DNA of 62,814 bases, filler included, from Collodictyon triciliatum (GCA_043381765.1; 5 parts of 5 records of this genome joined end to end with filler, not necessarily neighbours in it), one strand, 5' to 3'. Shown: positions 1 through 13,351, counted from the first letter of the whole stretch. Made by a program: numbers and translations. The notes: generated from the letters alone by a model not told the origin.

Positions 1-171
1 GGGATTGAGATTGAGATTGGGATTGAGACTGCGATTGATATTGAGACTGAGACTGAGACTGAGACTGAGACTGAGACTGAGACTGAGACTGAGACTGAGA
101 CTGAGACTGAGACTGAGACTGAGACTGAGACTGAGACTGAGACTGAGGCTGAGACTGAGACTGAGACTGAG
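1..171 (-). repeat. (TCTCAG/TCTCAA)n hexamer microsatellite encoding poly-SQ
   Basis: Direct; in frame with the post-GPS exon of the REJ/GPS gene. Confidence 0.9.
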
Positions 172-3100
172 TATGAGGTATATTTAATGATTGTAATTGT
201 GATTGTGAGTTTGATTGGGTTTGATGATTCGTAGTTGAACTATGAGATCTCCGAAATGATGATTCACCATATGTCGAAGTGTAAGATTCAGATTCACTCT
301 CTGAAAGGGATTGGGAATGGAAGATAATTCCAGGATGCGAATGTGACCTACTACTTGAATAAGATATGTAATTGTGCGGTCTCTGGCTGTCAATCGAAGA
401 TTGGGAATTATCTCGAGAAGACGATGTATGAGAAGATGATGAAATGGTACGGGAGGTAAGAAGAGAAGTGAAATGTGTTTGTGACCCTTCTAGATTTTTT
501 GTTGTTCGCGTTACTGCAAACGCTGCAAGGGTATTTAGATGGTTACACTTACAAACAAAGTAATTTTCGTTTCCTCTTGTTAATTTACATCCAAAATCAC
601 TCCAATTACCCACCCTAAAGTCATAATAGACGCATAATGGGGTATACTCATTCAAGTCAGATCTATCCCTATTCTCTAGAATAATTTCCAACGAAGTGAT
701 GATCTTGTCATCTTCAAAGTGGCTGATATTGTGATTAGAAGAGTGTAATTCCAATGTCACAATATTAGAGGTGATATTTGCTGTAGTTGCGCAGTAGTTA
801 AAAAAAGTAGAGGAAGCATGAACGATGAAATTATTGATATTGCTATATGGCTCTGCATCGACTAGAATACTAGATTGTGATATTCCTGGAAGCTTTACCC
901 AGCCAGATGGAATGTCAGAGCAATATTTGTACGATATAATTTGAAAAAAGTCAGATGTCGACGAATATCCATCATCTCCACACAGCTGAGATTGAATTGC
1001 TCGGTTTGCAAGAAGTTTGGCAGAATATAAAGATTGTTGAAAAATAGCTTTTGGATTCACACAGTGGTTTTGGTTCAGTTCGCCATTGTTTTGGGATGAT
1101 ACGAAAATGTTATTTAAAGCCTTCAATAGAGTTGTGCCTGAGCTTGAAATCACAGAGTCAACAGTAATATTTTCTATTCGATGTAACAAAATATGAGAGT
1201 TTTTCTGAAATAAAATATAAAAGAATAAAATACTTATTGATACCGCATATTATAAATGATACAATTTTGACATTCTTAAACATCTTACCGATTGTTTGAA
1301 TTAAATAAAATAGGCTTTCATTCATCAACAAGGGGCTGAGACACGGACTGTTTAAAATTTCAGAGAATTGTTTGATATTGGCATCTAATTCGATCGCTTT
1401 GTAAAATATTTGAGATTCGCTCGCTTTCTTCATTATCCTAAATGCCTCAAGTCTAATGGCCATTTCATTCTCCTGAAATCCAAAACAAGGAATGATTCGA
1501 CGGCGTTCTCTGTATGAATACATACTCCTTTTTGAATTGTGTGCAAGAAAATTGATCATATTCATAGAAGCAGAGTTATATTGAACGACAAGATCATAAT
1601 TTCCTTGCAAAAGAGCGGAATTCATCTCATTGGTAACAAATGAGAACGCTGATAAAATACGAGCAGATTCGTCAATAAAAACGAGAGGTTTAACCTTGAT
1701 TATTTTTTCTACTCGTACTGTGTTGCCATTAGAGTCGATTACATACAAGACGGCTTTGACAAATGTAGAAGTAGAGTTAGGACCCAAAAACTGCCCCGAT
1801 GGAACAACAATCTCTCTAATTGATCCGGCCGAAGGATTTGATACTATTTGTTCCGTGCCATCATTTCCCAAAATATATCCAAAAGCATAATTCAAAGGTG
1901 AATTGTATTCATTCGTCTGCCAACCCCTTGCTTGAAATTGAAAAAGGGATAGCTCATCTCCTTCTTCAGGTATAACATCAAAGAAACCTCCATAAGGTAA
2001 TATATTAGTCGCGAACGTAACAACAGCATAGCCAGTCACATTTAAGAGAACATCAGTTGCTCTCAGTGTTATGGAATATTCTGTACCTTCAGTAAGTGCG
2101 CCAGCAGGGATGGTTATCCTTGGAGAGCGTATTGAATTGCTTGAAATTCCAATATCTAGCAACGAATCAGATCCACCTTGGATACTCCAGATGTATGAGA
2201 CAATACCTCCAGATGCTGATATTGCATTTCCCATGAACTTCAGAGGAAGTGATGTTGATGGATATTTATGTTCCGATGATAAAATGGTTACAAGCGGCGG
2301 ACGGCTGTTAACGATTTCAATTGTTTTTGATGAAGTAGAAAATCGTGAATATTCCCCAACAATTGAAATATTAACGTCAAATCGGTACATACCAGGCTGA
2401 AAAATCATATCACTGGCCTGGTCGAAATTTAGTATTGCTTGGCTTGATAATATAATGTCCCTTGATAGTTTAATATCCTTGCATATTGTTTTTCTAATAA
2501 GATCCACGCAGCTCCAATAATATACAAAAGACGAAGAATCCTGCACTTCTACTTCGGTATCATACGACTTGCTTGCATCCAACTTAAAGAAATCATAAAT
2601 ACCAACGACCCCAGATGAGCCCCCTTCAATTATTGCTCGTATTTCACCGGCTATTCCAATAATAGTGACAGATGCGCTGTTGCATGTAATATTATGGGGT
2701 GTGCTTCTCTGAAAGCAACCTGTAAGTCTAAAAACATATGATTTAAATGGTTTTGTTGAAAATGGACGTAGTGTCAACCTGTTAGAGAACTTCTGAATTG
2801 GATTGAAAAGTATTGGAATTCCTGACACTTGTTCCCATGTGTATTTTATTTGCGTGTTATTCATACAACTGGAAATTGAACCGGATCCTACCAAGGTAAA
2901 GCCTCTACTTGGTCTAACGTATTGAAGACTGGGTCCACTAATAGATACCAAAGGTAGCGTGTCAACAGATTTTTCGACTAAAATACTACTTTTGCTCACT
3001 AGACCGAAAGGAGTAGAAATTTGGAGGGTAACGTTATATGTGTAACCAGAGGGCAACTCTTCTCCCAACTTAAGAATCTCTTTCGATGAGTTGAGAGATC

Positions 3101-4770
3101 TTTTGATATCATCCGATATGAACGAAAGAGGAGGATATGATGACAAAGACCATTCATATGTGACATATACACAGTTGAGAGACGAAAATTTAGTTGAAGA
3201 TGAGTCAATCACTAGTATGGAACAACGATCAATTGTTTGAGGAGCTGACAGCAAAACCTTAATATCAGCTAGAATATGCCTACAGCTGACGAGTATTACA
3301 CCAGTGCTGGACGGCTCATCCCGGACGCTACCTTTTGAACGAATTTTACCAGGCACTAACCATATTGGATCCCCGATTCGTAATAATAACGGACAAGTCC
3401 GTCGAATAACAACAGTAGACTCATCAACCCACGCGCAAATAAGATTCTCATTGAGCGCAAAAACGAAAAAACATTTGAAATTTCCATGTAGATGTCCCAT
3501 GTCGGTTGATCTATCAAATTGTACAAATATGTCTTCGCCAAGATTGTCAAAAACAGCAGATAAAAGAAGAGGAGCAGGTAAGAACGACATTGAACTGTGA
3601 GATTGAGGACTAAAAGAACTAGAAATATATTGTGACTGAGATTGAGATTGAGATTGAGANNNNNNNNNNNNNNNNNNNNNNNNNNNNNNNNNNNNNNNNN
3701 NNNNNNNNNNNNNNNNNNNNNNNNNNNNNNNNNNNNNNNNNNNNNNNNNNNNNNNNNNNNNNNNNNNNNNNNNNNNNNNNNNNNNNNNNNNNNNNNNNNN
3801 NNNNNNNNNNNNNNNNNNNNNNNNNNNNNNNNNNNNNNNNNNNNNNNNNNNNNNNNNNNNNNNNNNNNNNNNNNNNNNNNNNNNNNNNNNNNNNNNNNNN
3901 NNNNNNNNNNNNNNNNNNNNNNNNNNNNNNNNNNNNNNNNNNNNNNNNNNNNNNNNNNNNNNNNNNNNNNNNNNNNNNNNNNNNNNNNNNNNNNNNNNNN
4001 NNNNNNNNNNNNNNNNNNNNNNNNNNNNNNNNNNNNNNNNNNNNNNNNNNNNNNNNNNNNNNNNNNNNNNNNNNNNNNNNNNNNNNNNNNNNNNNNNNNN
4101 NNNNNNNNNNNNNNCGTAAGTTCCTTTTGGACATTTAATGCAAGAAGAGATACTAATTGAAGCAAAATCAGGATTGAATGTTCCGTCTGAGCAAGTTTTG
4201 CATTGAGTTTGGCTTACATCATCATTATAAGTTCCCATTTCACATTCATGGCAATTAATGCTACTTGTTTTGTTCCTGTATGTACCTGAAGGGCATGATA
4301 GGCAACTTGCTTGTCCAGTTAATTGGTTGTATGTTCCAGCTGCACATGAAAGACATGTTGCTTGACCAGTAGATGGATTTTATGTGCCAGCAGGACATAA
4401 AGAACAAGACATGGCACCTGCAGCACTATAGCTTCCAGAAGGGCATAGTTGACAAGACTTTGACACTGAATCGTAAAACTGACCAGCAGTACAAAGGACC
4501 CAGATTTTGGTTGTTCCATTAACGCCTCCAGAAACAATTTTTGAGCCATCAGGAGTGACAGAAACACTTTGAACTTCATCAATATGACCAGTCAATGTGC
4601 GTATCGAATCATCTTGCCCTTCAACAAGGCACAATTGGCAATGGAGCATCAATCCTTAAAATATATTAATTAAAATTCTTTGTAATTTGAAGTCAATAAA
4701 ATTAAAAAAAAAAATTTGTAACTCACCCAACAGCAACAGAGCTGCAAACGACTTTGAGTTCAATCTCCTA
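1..4770 (-). CDS. Large surface/receptor-like protein: signal-like N-terminus, one WD40 repeat, Cys-rich (CxxCPxGTY) repeats, SQ repeat, REJ/PKD-like region, GAIN/GPS motif, second SQ repeat; runs off the window start (partial)
   Basis: Spliced minus-strand reading gives FAALLLLG, then TLTGHIDEVQSVSVTPDGSKIVSGG..TKIW (WD40), repeated CxxCPAGTY, and ORF 1158-4238 with REJ-type motifs (LDASKSYD, YYWSC, YxWEQVSG). A GT-AG intron at about 1243-1174 leads to an exon with CVYYDFRVGNWSDFGC..CKCNHLNTLAAF (GPS) that stays open to base 1. Contains an N gap (3660-4114) and one in-frame TAA (4380-4382). Confidence 0.8.
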
Positions 4771-5286
4771 AATTAATGTGATGAGTGTTTAAAGATTTAC
4801 ACAAAATTTTATAAAGTGTTGTAATTCCCAATCAACATATTTACTTAAAAATGTAATATTGAATCACTCTACTCAATTATCATTGATTGATTCAAAAATA
4901 CACAGATAGATTATCTACACATAATTTCAATAGATTCATAAATAAATCTCCATAAAATACTCTTATTCATATCCATTGATAAACATGACTATTTTATTTG
5001 ATGGTATAGTGACTTATTCAGTCAATTTACATATATTAAAAATGTAAAATAGTTATCATCTCAAAATAAATCGATATCAACTCACAAATTAGGATAAAAC
5101 TGATAAAAATTCATTAGTCTTCGGTTATATTTCTAGCAAGGTCATTTTTGTATCAGTTATAAGTAGATTTTGATTTGATGCTTATAGGAAAATCACTAAT
5201 CAATTATTAAATCAATCATTCCTAAGAAAAAATAAATCAATTTACGACATACAGAAAACAATATTAAATATAGGACTCGGGTTAGG

Positions 5287-8200
5287 GTGGAGGCGCGCTT
5301 CCTGGCCGAGCTGGGGGGCCGCCCGGGTGTGGGATGTGCGCGTGCGGTGCTGCAGCTGCTGTCGCTGTCGGCGGCCCTGGAGCTTGCGCAGATCCTGCTT
5401 GCGGCCCCGCGGCTGCTGCAATCGTGCTGCTGCCTCGCGTTTCTGGCGCTCTCCCGCCACAATCACAATCACAATCACAATTACAATTACAATCACAATC
5501 ACAATCACAATCACAATCACAATCACAATCACAATCACAATCACAATCACAATCACAATCACAATCACAATCACAATCACAATCACAATCACACGCACAC
5601 CCACGCAATGTCGACATCGCCCGGCAACGCGGCCGTCTGCTACCTCGCGGCGCTCGTCCTCTGGCGCGTGGGCCACGTGGCGCTGCTCCTCTCCTCGGAC
5701 AACAGCGACTGGGGCGACCTGTCTGCCGCCGACGCCCTCGTCGACCGGGCCCCCCGACTCGCCGCCGCCGCCCCCGTCCCTGTGCTCCTCGCCAACCTCG
5801 CCGCCGTCCTCTTCCTCGCCGCCCCGCTGCCCATCCTCGGCGCACACGTTGTCCTCGGCCTCGCCGCCCTGCTCCATGTCCTCGCCGCCATCTTCTTTGC
5901 CGTGTCCCTGCAGTCCACCTCGCACCTCCCAGCCTTTCTGGCTCTCTCCCTTCCCCTATCCTCCGTGGCCTATCTCGCCTCCCGCTTCTTTCACGTCGTC
6001 CCGAGAGACCTGTTCCTGGACGAGTTTTCCCAGCCCTCGGTGAGTGACCAGTCTGGCGTACTGAAGATGCAAATCCGTTTACATATATATATCTAAGTCT
6101 ATATATCACTCCGCATACATGTCTACCCGATGGCATGTACACATGAGCATATGAATCAATATCTGTTTTTTTCCCTGTCAATCTTATCTTGTGCTTTTCT
6201 GTATCTCTCTCTCTTTCATTTTTCTTCTTTCCTCCCGTAAAATTTCCTCGCTGCATTCAAATTTTGCTCAAATAATAATAATGATAAATTGCTGATTAGT
6301 TGAACACAGACTCCAAACAGACATCACAGGCAAATGATCATGTTTCCAGCCAGGAAGCTATTAACACCAGACAAAAGACTCGTTCTAGCTCAAATTACAG
6401 CACAATGACAGGCTGGATGAGAAAAGCCACAGTTCGCTCGATGCCAACAAATGTGAGTGACTATAAGCCAAATGCAAATCCAAAAAAAAAGAATAATCGC
6501 AGTCAATTTCATCCACTCCATACCCCATAATTCACACTCGCTAACATATGGGATTTTTTTTTGGTTACACTCCCTAGTCATCAAAAAGCCATCATTTTTG
6601 GACAATCGAGTCACTCGACATTCAACTGGGTTCGAGTCTTTATTTGGTACCCTACGGAGAATACTTTCGTTCAAAGTTTCACACAGCAGATGCCCTGGCT
6701 CGCTCTATAAATCTTCATAAAACATCTGAGATGATAAAATACTATGAGACCGAGAGCTGCATGTTGTTGTAAGTAGCCACTCATGAATCCTTTTTCTTCA
6801 CTCACATGTAAAGTCAATATCATTCACTTTGGGGTACATTTAAGTAGCATGTAAATATCTCTATTTCCTCTCTATTCGGGGGTAATCCCCCAATCATATA
6901 AATATCTCACATCCAAAGAGCGTTTTATGTTTTTTTTTATCTTTTTCAAAATAATAGTAATACTGATGAATTCTGCCTGTAGTGGCTTGCGTCACCCAAA
7001 CATCGCCCTCTTTCTTGGCGCATCTATGGATATTTCCCAACCCCTATATACCATCACCGAAGCATTACCTCGAGGGAAGTTGTTTGATCTACTTCATAAT
7101 CCCACGGTAAGTAGAATCTTGAGTGAGAATTCGACAGCGTTTTCAAAACCCAAGTGTATTCTCAATTCACCCTGCAAGTCAGCAATTATCAAGTTAATCT
7201 CTCTCTCTCTCCGCATTCAGGTTGAACTTGACCCAGAAAAGTCCACAATATGGCCATGAGTGTAATTCAAGGAATGCTATATCTACATTCTCAGACACCA
7301 GTGATAGTGCACCTGTCCTTAAACAGCCATAATATCATGGTATCAACCATATTTTCAGTCTTTTTACCCATTCAAAACCAATTAATATTAAATACCCGAT
7401 TCATTCTTTCGTCTCCATATCACGCCTATTTGTTCTTTTAAAAAACCAAATTATACTTGGATTTACAGGTTGATGATGAGTATAGCCTTAAAGTTAGCGA
7501 TTTCGGATTTGCAAAATTCAAACTAGAAGAGAGAGCAACCCAGAGAGTAATATATTCCCCTCAAATTTTCCATTAGAAATTAACTGTTGCACAGCAAATC
7601 AGTAAGACATCTTCTCATTCTCATGAATAAATGCCTATTTAGATATCCATGCCCAACTGGGTCGCACCAGAAATTCTCCGAAAGTCTCCACCGTCCCCAA
7701 AGTCAGATGTTTACAGCTTTGGTATTGTGTATTGGGAGATTGTAACACGTTCCATTCCATTCGGAAACCTCACACCACCCCAGGTATATATAAAAGTGAA
7801 ACCAAATCACACAATTCATTGCCTTAGTCAGGATACTTTTTCTTTTGCATAGATTGTATCTGGAGTTACATATGACGGTATCAGACCCGAAATTCCTACA
7901 TCATGTCCATTAGAGTACTCCAAGATTTTCACAGGTTAGTCTCAGCATAAGCCTGTCCCTTTCAACCATCGCATTCATAACCGACGATTACTCTGATAAT
8001 GTGTCTATCTAGCTTGCTGGTCTCAAGATCCAATTGCACGCCCATCTTTTGTGGACTTGACTCAATCAGTGACCGTGGTTGAAGAAACGGCAGAGGTGAA
8101 GGAAATGTTTGTAAAGGTTAGATAACTTTGAATTCACTTTTTGGTTTTTTATACAATTTAAGGTGCATTTGAGATTCCAAATATATAAGAAGTGACGCAA

Positions 8201-11200
8201 TATCGATAATCGTTCTCTACTCTAGTCATCAATATTGAACAGACTACCAAGCACTAAGGGAGACCTTAACTCGCCAAGGAAGCACACAGTCATATCAAGT
8301 AAATCTTCGATTATCTATCTTGATGTATCAATTGGAACTCATAATCCTAAACTTCAAGTATGATGTCCTGATGATATTTTTTTCATAATCTTCAAGCCTC
8401 TAACCCTTCATATCTGTGATAGTTATAGAAGCTCGTAACATTCAGCTCACAGGTGTTTCCGGTAACTCCTATGTAAACATTATAATTGCATATATGTAGC
8501 TATTTTGTTTATCTTATCTTTTTTTTAAAAAAACATACAATAAAAAGTGTTCATGACAATAATTGGCACTGACATGTTGTAAATCTAATTTGGGTAATTG
8601 TGAATATAAAACCTCACCATTACCGGTTTTTTTAAAAAAATAAAATAATTGTAACAATCGTAGCCATCCTGGACCCTATGATTGTAATAAAGCATGGCCA
8701 ATATGGATTCAAGACTTCAGTCAGCCAAGAGCACTGTCGTCCAGTCTGGAACGAATACTTCGAATGGTTTGAATTTCCCTTCAGAGAAAAATAAAGAGCG
8801 AAATTTCATTACATCATCGCCTATCTACATTTATTTTTGCTATTTTGCTTTATTATATATAAACATTAATTTCATAGTGAAAATCTGGACTCAAACGAGA
8901 GGTTGCAATTGATGTTGGTCAACTCGTTGAAGGTAGTATGCGTCTGTTAAAATTTCAACTGGACCGATTATTGGTGTCGCACACAATCGTAATTAATTCA
9001 TTTGCAACCGTAGTCAAATGGAGAAGAAATTCTTGGCGAATGTATCGTACCTGCGTCAGACCTTCTTGGTATCCAATATCTTGACAAATGGTACACATTC
9101 CTGGCAACCAACTCGAGGTCCTCAAGAGATGCCCAAGTCCGAGTGGCGATAAAGATAATTACAGACGTATGTTTGAAAGCTTTCATCGAATTTTTATGCA
9201 ACAATAGACTAACGGCATTCTTTAGCTATCGAAATCGATGCACAAGTTTATGAAATTATATGTGTTCAATAGAAATAAAATACCATCCTTTAATAACTAA
9301 TCAGGAGGATGAAGACTGTGATGAACATGATGGCGAATTGTCCCCAAATAATGTTGTTATTTTGGAGCGATTAGGAATTGGAAGCATAGGAGAGGTATAT
9401 ACATAAATCATCCAAATGGAATCTTGTGAATACAAAGTGTTTGTTACTCTGGCTGAATCATAACACGTTTAGGTCTGGAGAGGAAAATGGAAGGGTCTCA
9501 AGTTTCAATCAAAAAGCTTTATTGCAAACGCTTGACATTACCCACACAAACTCAAGTCGATGATGAGTTGCACAAGTACACGTGATTTTACTTACAATAT
9601 GTTGTTTTGAAATGTAGAATAAGGGAATACCATATTGCCATCGCATGCAATAAAATTTATCTTGATTAAAAAAATATATGCAACTTGTCCACCCACACAT
9701 CAACAGGCTCTATGGTGCATGTACTAAGCAAGGCTTTATGTTCCTTGTGTCAGATATTGCTGAAAGGGGAACGCTTTATTCCCTGGTGAGGTCCGTAAAG
9801 AAAAATTCTGATGGTAAGAGTATTCTACGTAATGCGTAAAGGCCTTTGATGTAAATCATATACGAATTTATAATCGCTCATTCTGAACTAATATGTCAAT
9901 GGATAGCTACCAACTTTGCATTCGCCTCTGATATCTGCAATGCTATGATTTATCTACATTCTCAAAACCCTCCTATTATCCACCAAAACCTGAGTAGCCA
10001 GAATGTAGTGGTAAGTGCATGAGGACTCATCTGACTCTCAACCTGTAATCTAATTATGTCCCAAATAACCCCAGATTACAAAGTCTTTAAGAGCTTAAGT
10101 GACCGACTTTGGATTTAACTGTTTGCGCGGTGAGTTGTCTTCGTCTTCACTCTCCCAACTCCCCATATGGACGGCTCCAGAGGTATTCAGAGGAGTCTTC
10201 AACAGCGAAGGTAACACTGTCTCAAATATGGACATACCTGTATTTGTACCAATAATTAACCCTTCCCTTCCCTGATTTTCTGTGGTCTTCATGCAATATT
10301 ATGCTCAAATTTTCTCTCATTTTTCCTTATGCAGATAAACCGTTCTCGAAAAAGTCGGATATGTATTCCTATGCAATAATTCTCTCTGAAATATTCACGA
10401 GAAAAGAACCGTTCTCTTTGGAATTGAATGCAGCTGAGGTATATACTTTATATGAAAATATGACACTAGAATTTGCAGTTTGAAGGCATTCTATAATAAA
10501 AGAAATTCCCTTACTAAAGGATTTCCTTGCATAGCTTGCTTTTCGAGTGGTTCGGTATGGTCTCCGGCCGAAGACATCGTCTCTGTCCGATCATTTCCGC
10601 CAATTCATACACGACGCGTGGGATGCCGACCCGAATATGCGACCTACGTAAAATAATAATATCACATTCATCTCACCACATAATCAGTCAATAATTATTT
10701 TGGTGTCGCAGGTTTGAGCAAGCTCTGAACAGTCTGAACCAAGAGGCCCAGTCGTCAAACATTGACATGACGGCGGGGGAGCTGGAAAGTCGTAACGAGC
10801 AGTCGTTCAGAGAATTTACCTCTCCAGTCACAGCCCGGTCTGCGGCCATTGACAAGCGGTCGAATGGATGTAATACTTTAATCGCCACTATACAGACCTT
10901 GCAATATATTTCGGTTTACCATGTCAGCAAACCTTGCTGTTACATTAATTACTGCTGAACTCATATAGCAACGACCAAGCCCATTAGGGAAATCATACAT
11001 GGTTTGCACATCTCTTTGTTTTGTTATGTCACCAATCTTCTCTTTTTTTTCTTTTTTTATGATAGCCACCGCTTTATTCGACTGTCTAATTACATATTAT
11101 AACTTGACAATATCCTCTCACAGAGCAAGCAAGTCAGGAAGTCCTGCAAGCTGTTTTGAAGCCTGCAGAGGTGACCACTCTCCATCCAGTTAGCAACCCA

Positions 11201-11721
11201 GCACCCAATTCCCATTTGTACACGCAGAGCCACCCACTACACGGAGCACACCTCAACCCTCTACCGACAAAGTCAGTGCGCATAGTGCCCTCGTCCAATC
11301 CAACTGCACTGTCTTTTGTTTCGTCGCCCACGCCCTCGTCTCCTTCCACTCCAGTCCACAATTCTCTGGGCGGTGGAAGTGCATTGCCCAGGCTATACAC
11401 AAGTCCCAATATCAACCTCAAGATGGGCAGCGAGCTTTTGCCATTGGGTAAATCGGAGCCTGACAGAATCACGTCTCCGGCACAATCGGTCGAGTCGAAG
11501 AGTACATCCTCATCCATGGCGTCAACAAAGAGGTTGATGAATCCAACCAAGTCTGCTCCATCGATGGTGGATGACAGCGATGATGTGGTATGTTTGGGTT
11601 ACTAATAGTTACCTGCCACGACATATTGTTTCCCTTGCATTTCGATTTAAATGAGTCCTTTAGTTTTTTTATTAATCATTATACGTAGAATGACTCACAG
11701 TCTCCACAGTCGGTGTCATAG
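5287..11721 (+). CDS. Multi-exon membrane protein: hydrophobic N-terminal segments with an HN repeat, TKL-like pseudokinase 1, C2 domain, TKL-like pseudokinase 2, Ser/Pro-rich tail; several frame disruptions
   Basis: Exons give GLRHPNIALFLGAS, GMLYLHSQTPVIVHLSLNSHNIM, KVSDFGF, WVAPE, SDVYSFGIV..E and CWSQDP..RPSF. C2: VIVIEARNI, DPMIV, KTSV..PVWNEYF, ILGECIVP..KWY. Second kinase: LGIGSIGEVWRGKW, IIHQNLSSQNV, VTDFG, WTAPE, SDMYSYAI. Stop at about 11719-11721; true start uncertain. Confidence 0.85.
5458..5592 (+). repeat. (CACAAT)n microsatellite, poly-HN in the likely coding frame
   Basis: Direct; lies within ORF 5287-6096. Confidence 0.9.
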
Positions 11722-13351
11722 CCATGGTTCCCGTAGTATATTCTCCTTTTCAATCTATTGTTCACCCTGTTCATATAGCAAACCAGTTTACCAAATACTG
11801 TCACGCCTACCCTCTGAAGATGGCTCTACCTGATTTTTTCCCCACCATAACCTTCTATCTCCATCCCGTACACTACTCATTTCGCACTTTTACAACTTCC
11901 CATTCCCTCTATCTTGAAAACCAACGAGTGATGAATATTAAATCTACGGTAAAAAAATAATCTCTTCTGTGCTCCCGACCTTTTCTCAATGACTTATGTG
12001 CAAAATCTGACAAGCTAAAGAGGTTGAGTCGTCGTGCATTATTCCTTTATTTTTCCATAAAACCCAATCAAACAATCATACTTGGGTGTGGCAAAGAGTA
12101 AACACAGGAGATATGCGCACTCTGTTTTGACGCAATAGCCAACCAGGCAGAGAGGAAGTGTATTCACCATTGAGTAACCCTCGCAGCGGGTGGCGGCTTG
12201 TCCCAGACTCACTGTTTTTTTGTCAAGCATACAACCACTTGCCACGCGAATACAAGGACTGTCATACTTAACTATCCGGTCTGCGAAACTGCTCGCTTCA
12301 GCATAATCTAGGCAGAGACCATCTGAACCACTTTACCCTATACTTCCCAGTCAAGAACAAGAGATAAGTTTTCCAGAAATAAACGGGAGTTTGGCTCGAT
12401 GAGTTGTGGAAGAGCTTTTTTTGGGATGAGTTTCTCCAGAGTCGCCCCATGCTTGTCCCTTTGGTTTGTGGGCCTGAAAAAAGGAGAGGTGTCTGCCGCT
12501 AGCACTGAGCTTTGGTGAGGTTTCTGGGAGCAACTTAATGAACGCTGCAAGGGTTTGGCACGCAACGAGTCGTATCGAACATAGCAAACAAGCACATTTG
12601 TTGATGTTACTGCTATTGAGCGATAGTTTCAAGTTTTTGGATGTGGAGCTATGTGTTCCGCTTGATTGGTGTCCCTGAAAGGTGCATTTGTTTGTGGATA
12701 TGTTGATGCATACAAAGTTCGAAGTCGCCAACTCTTTCTGCTCAGCATCTGCGTTTTGTCATGCTTACCTGAATGCTCCATCAGTGGAAAAATACAGAGT
12801 GACCTGACTAAAGGCTCGGTATGTCCCCACCACACGGTTCGTAGGTGCATCATCGAGTGGGGTTCTCTGTACCTGTCTGAGAATTGAATCGGCAAGTTAC
12901 AAGTGCGCATACATGATAAAGCTGCCGATGGAATCTTCATGCTCCTGGCGACATGGTCTGTTTTAACTGACTACGACTGCTACCTAGATTCAAATTACGA
13001 TACATGCAGGCAAACTTTCAATTATGTGTAATTCTTCTTGGTGCCTAGTTCATCGCTGAAGAGCTATCTTAACTGATTTATAAGGGATTGGTTGCTTACA
13101 ATTGAACGAGCATATGTGAATAAAATAATCCGTGATGACTGCATTACCCAAACATTAACTATCTTTGCTGATGATTGGATGATATTTTCTATTCACTCGA
13201 TACAGAGTCACGAGAATAGCACGAGCGAAGCTGTTTATGGATGTGAATATTTGGGATAGTGTATTTGCAACCATCGCGTTAAACTTTATAAAACAGTTTG
13301 CCGGTTTTGTTTGTATGATTTTTACCACATGGAGCTCGCCAATACATTTTT

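Noticed and set aside
5242-6256. Several long overlapping ORFs on both strands
   Set aside because: A by-product of high GC plus a stop-free hexamer repeat; only the 5287 frame has coherent hydrophobic segments and a donor leading to the kinase exons.
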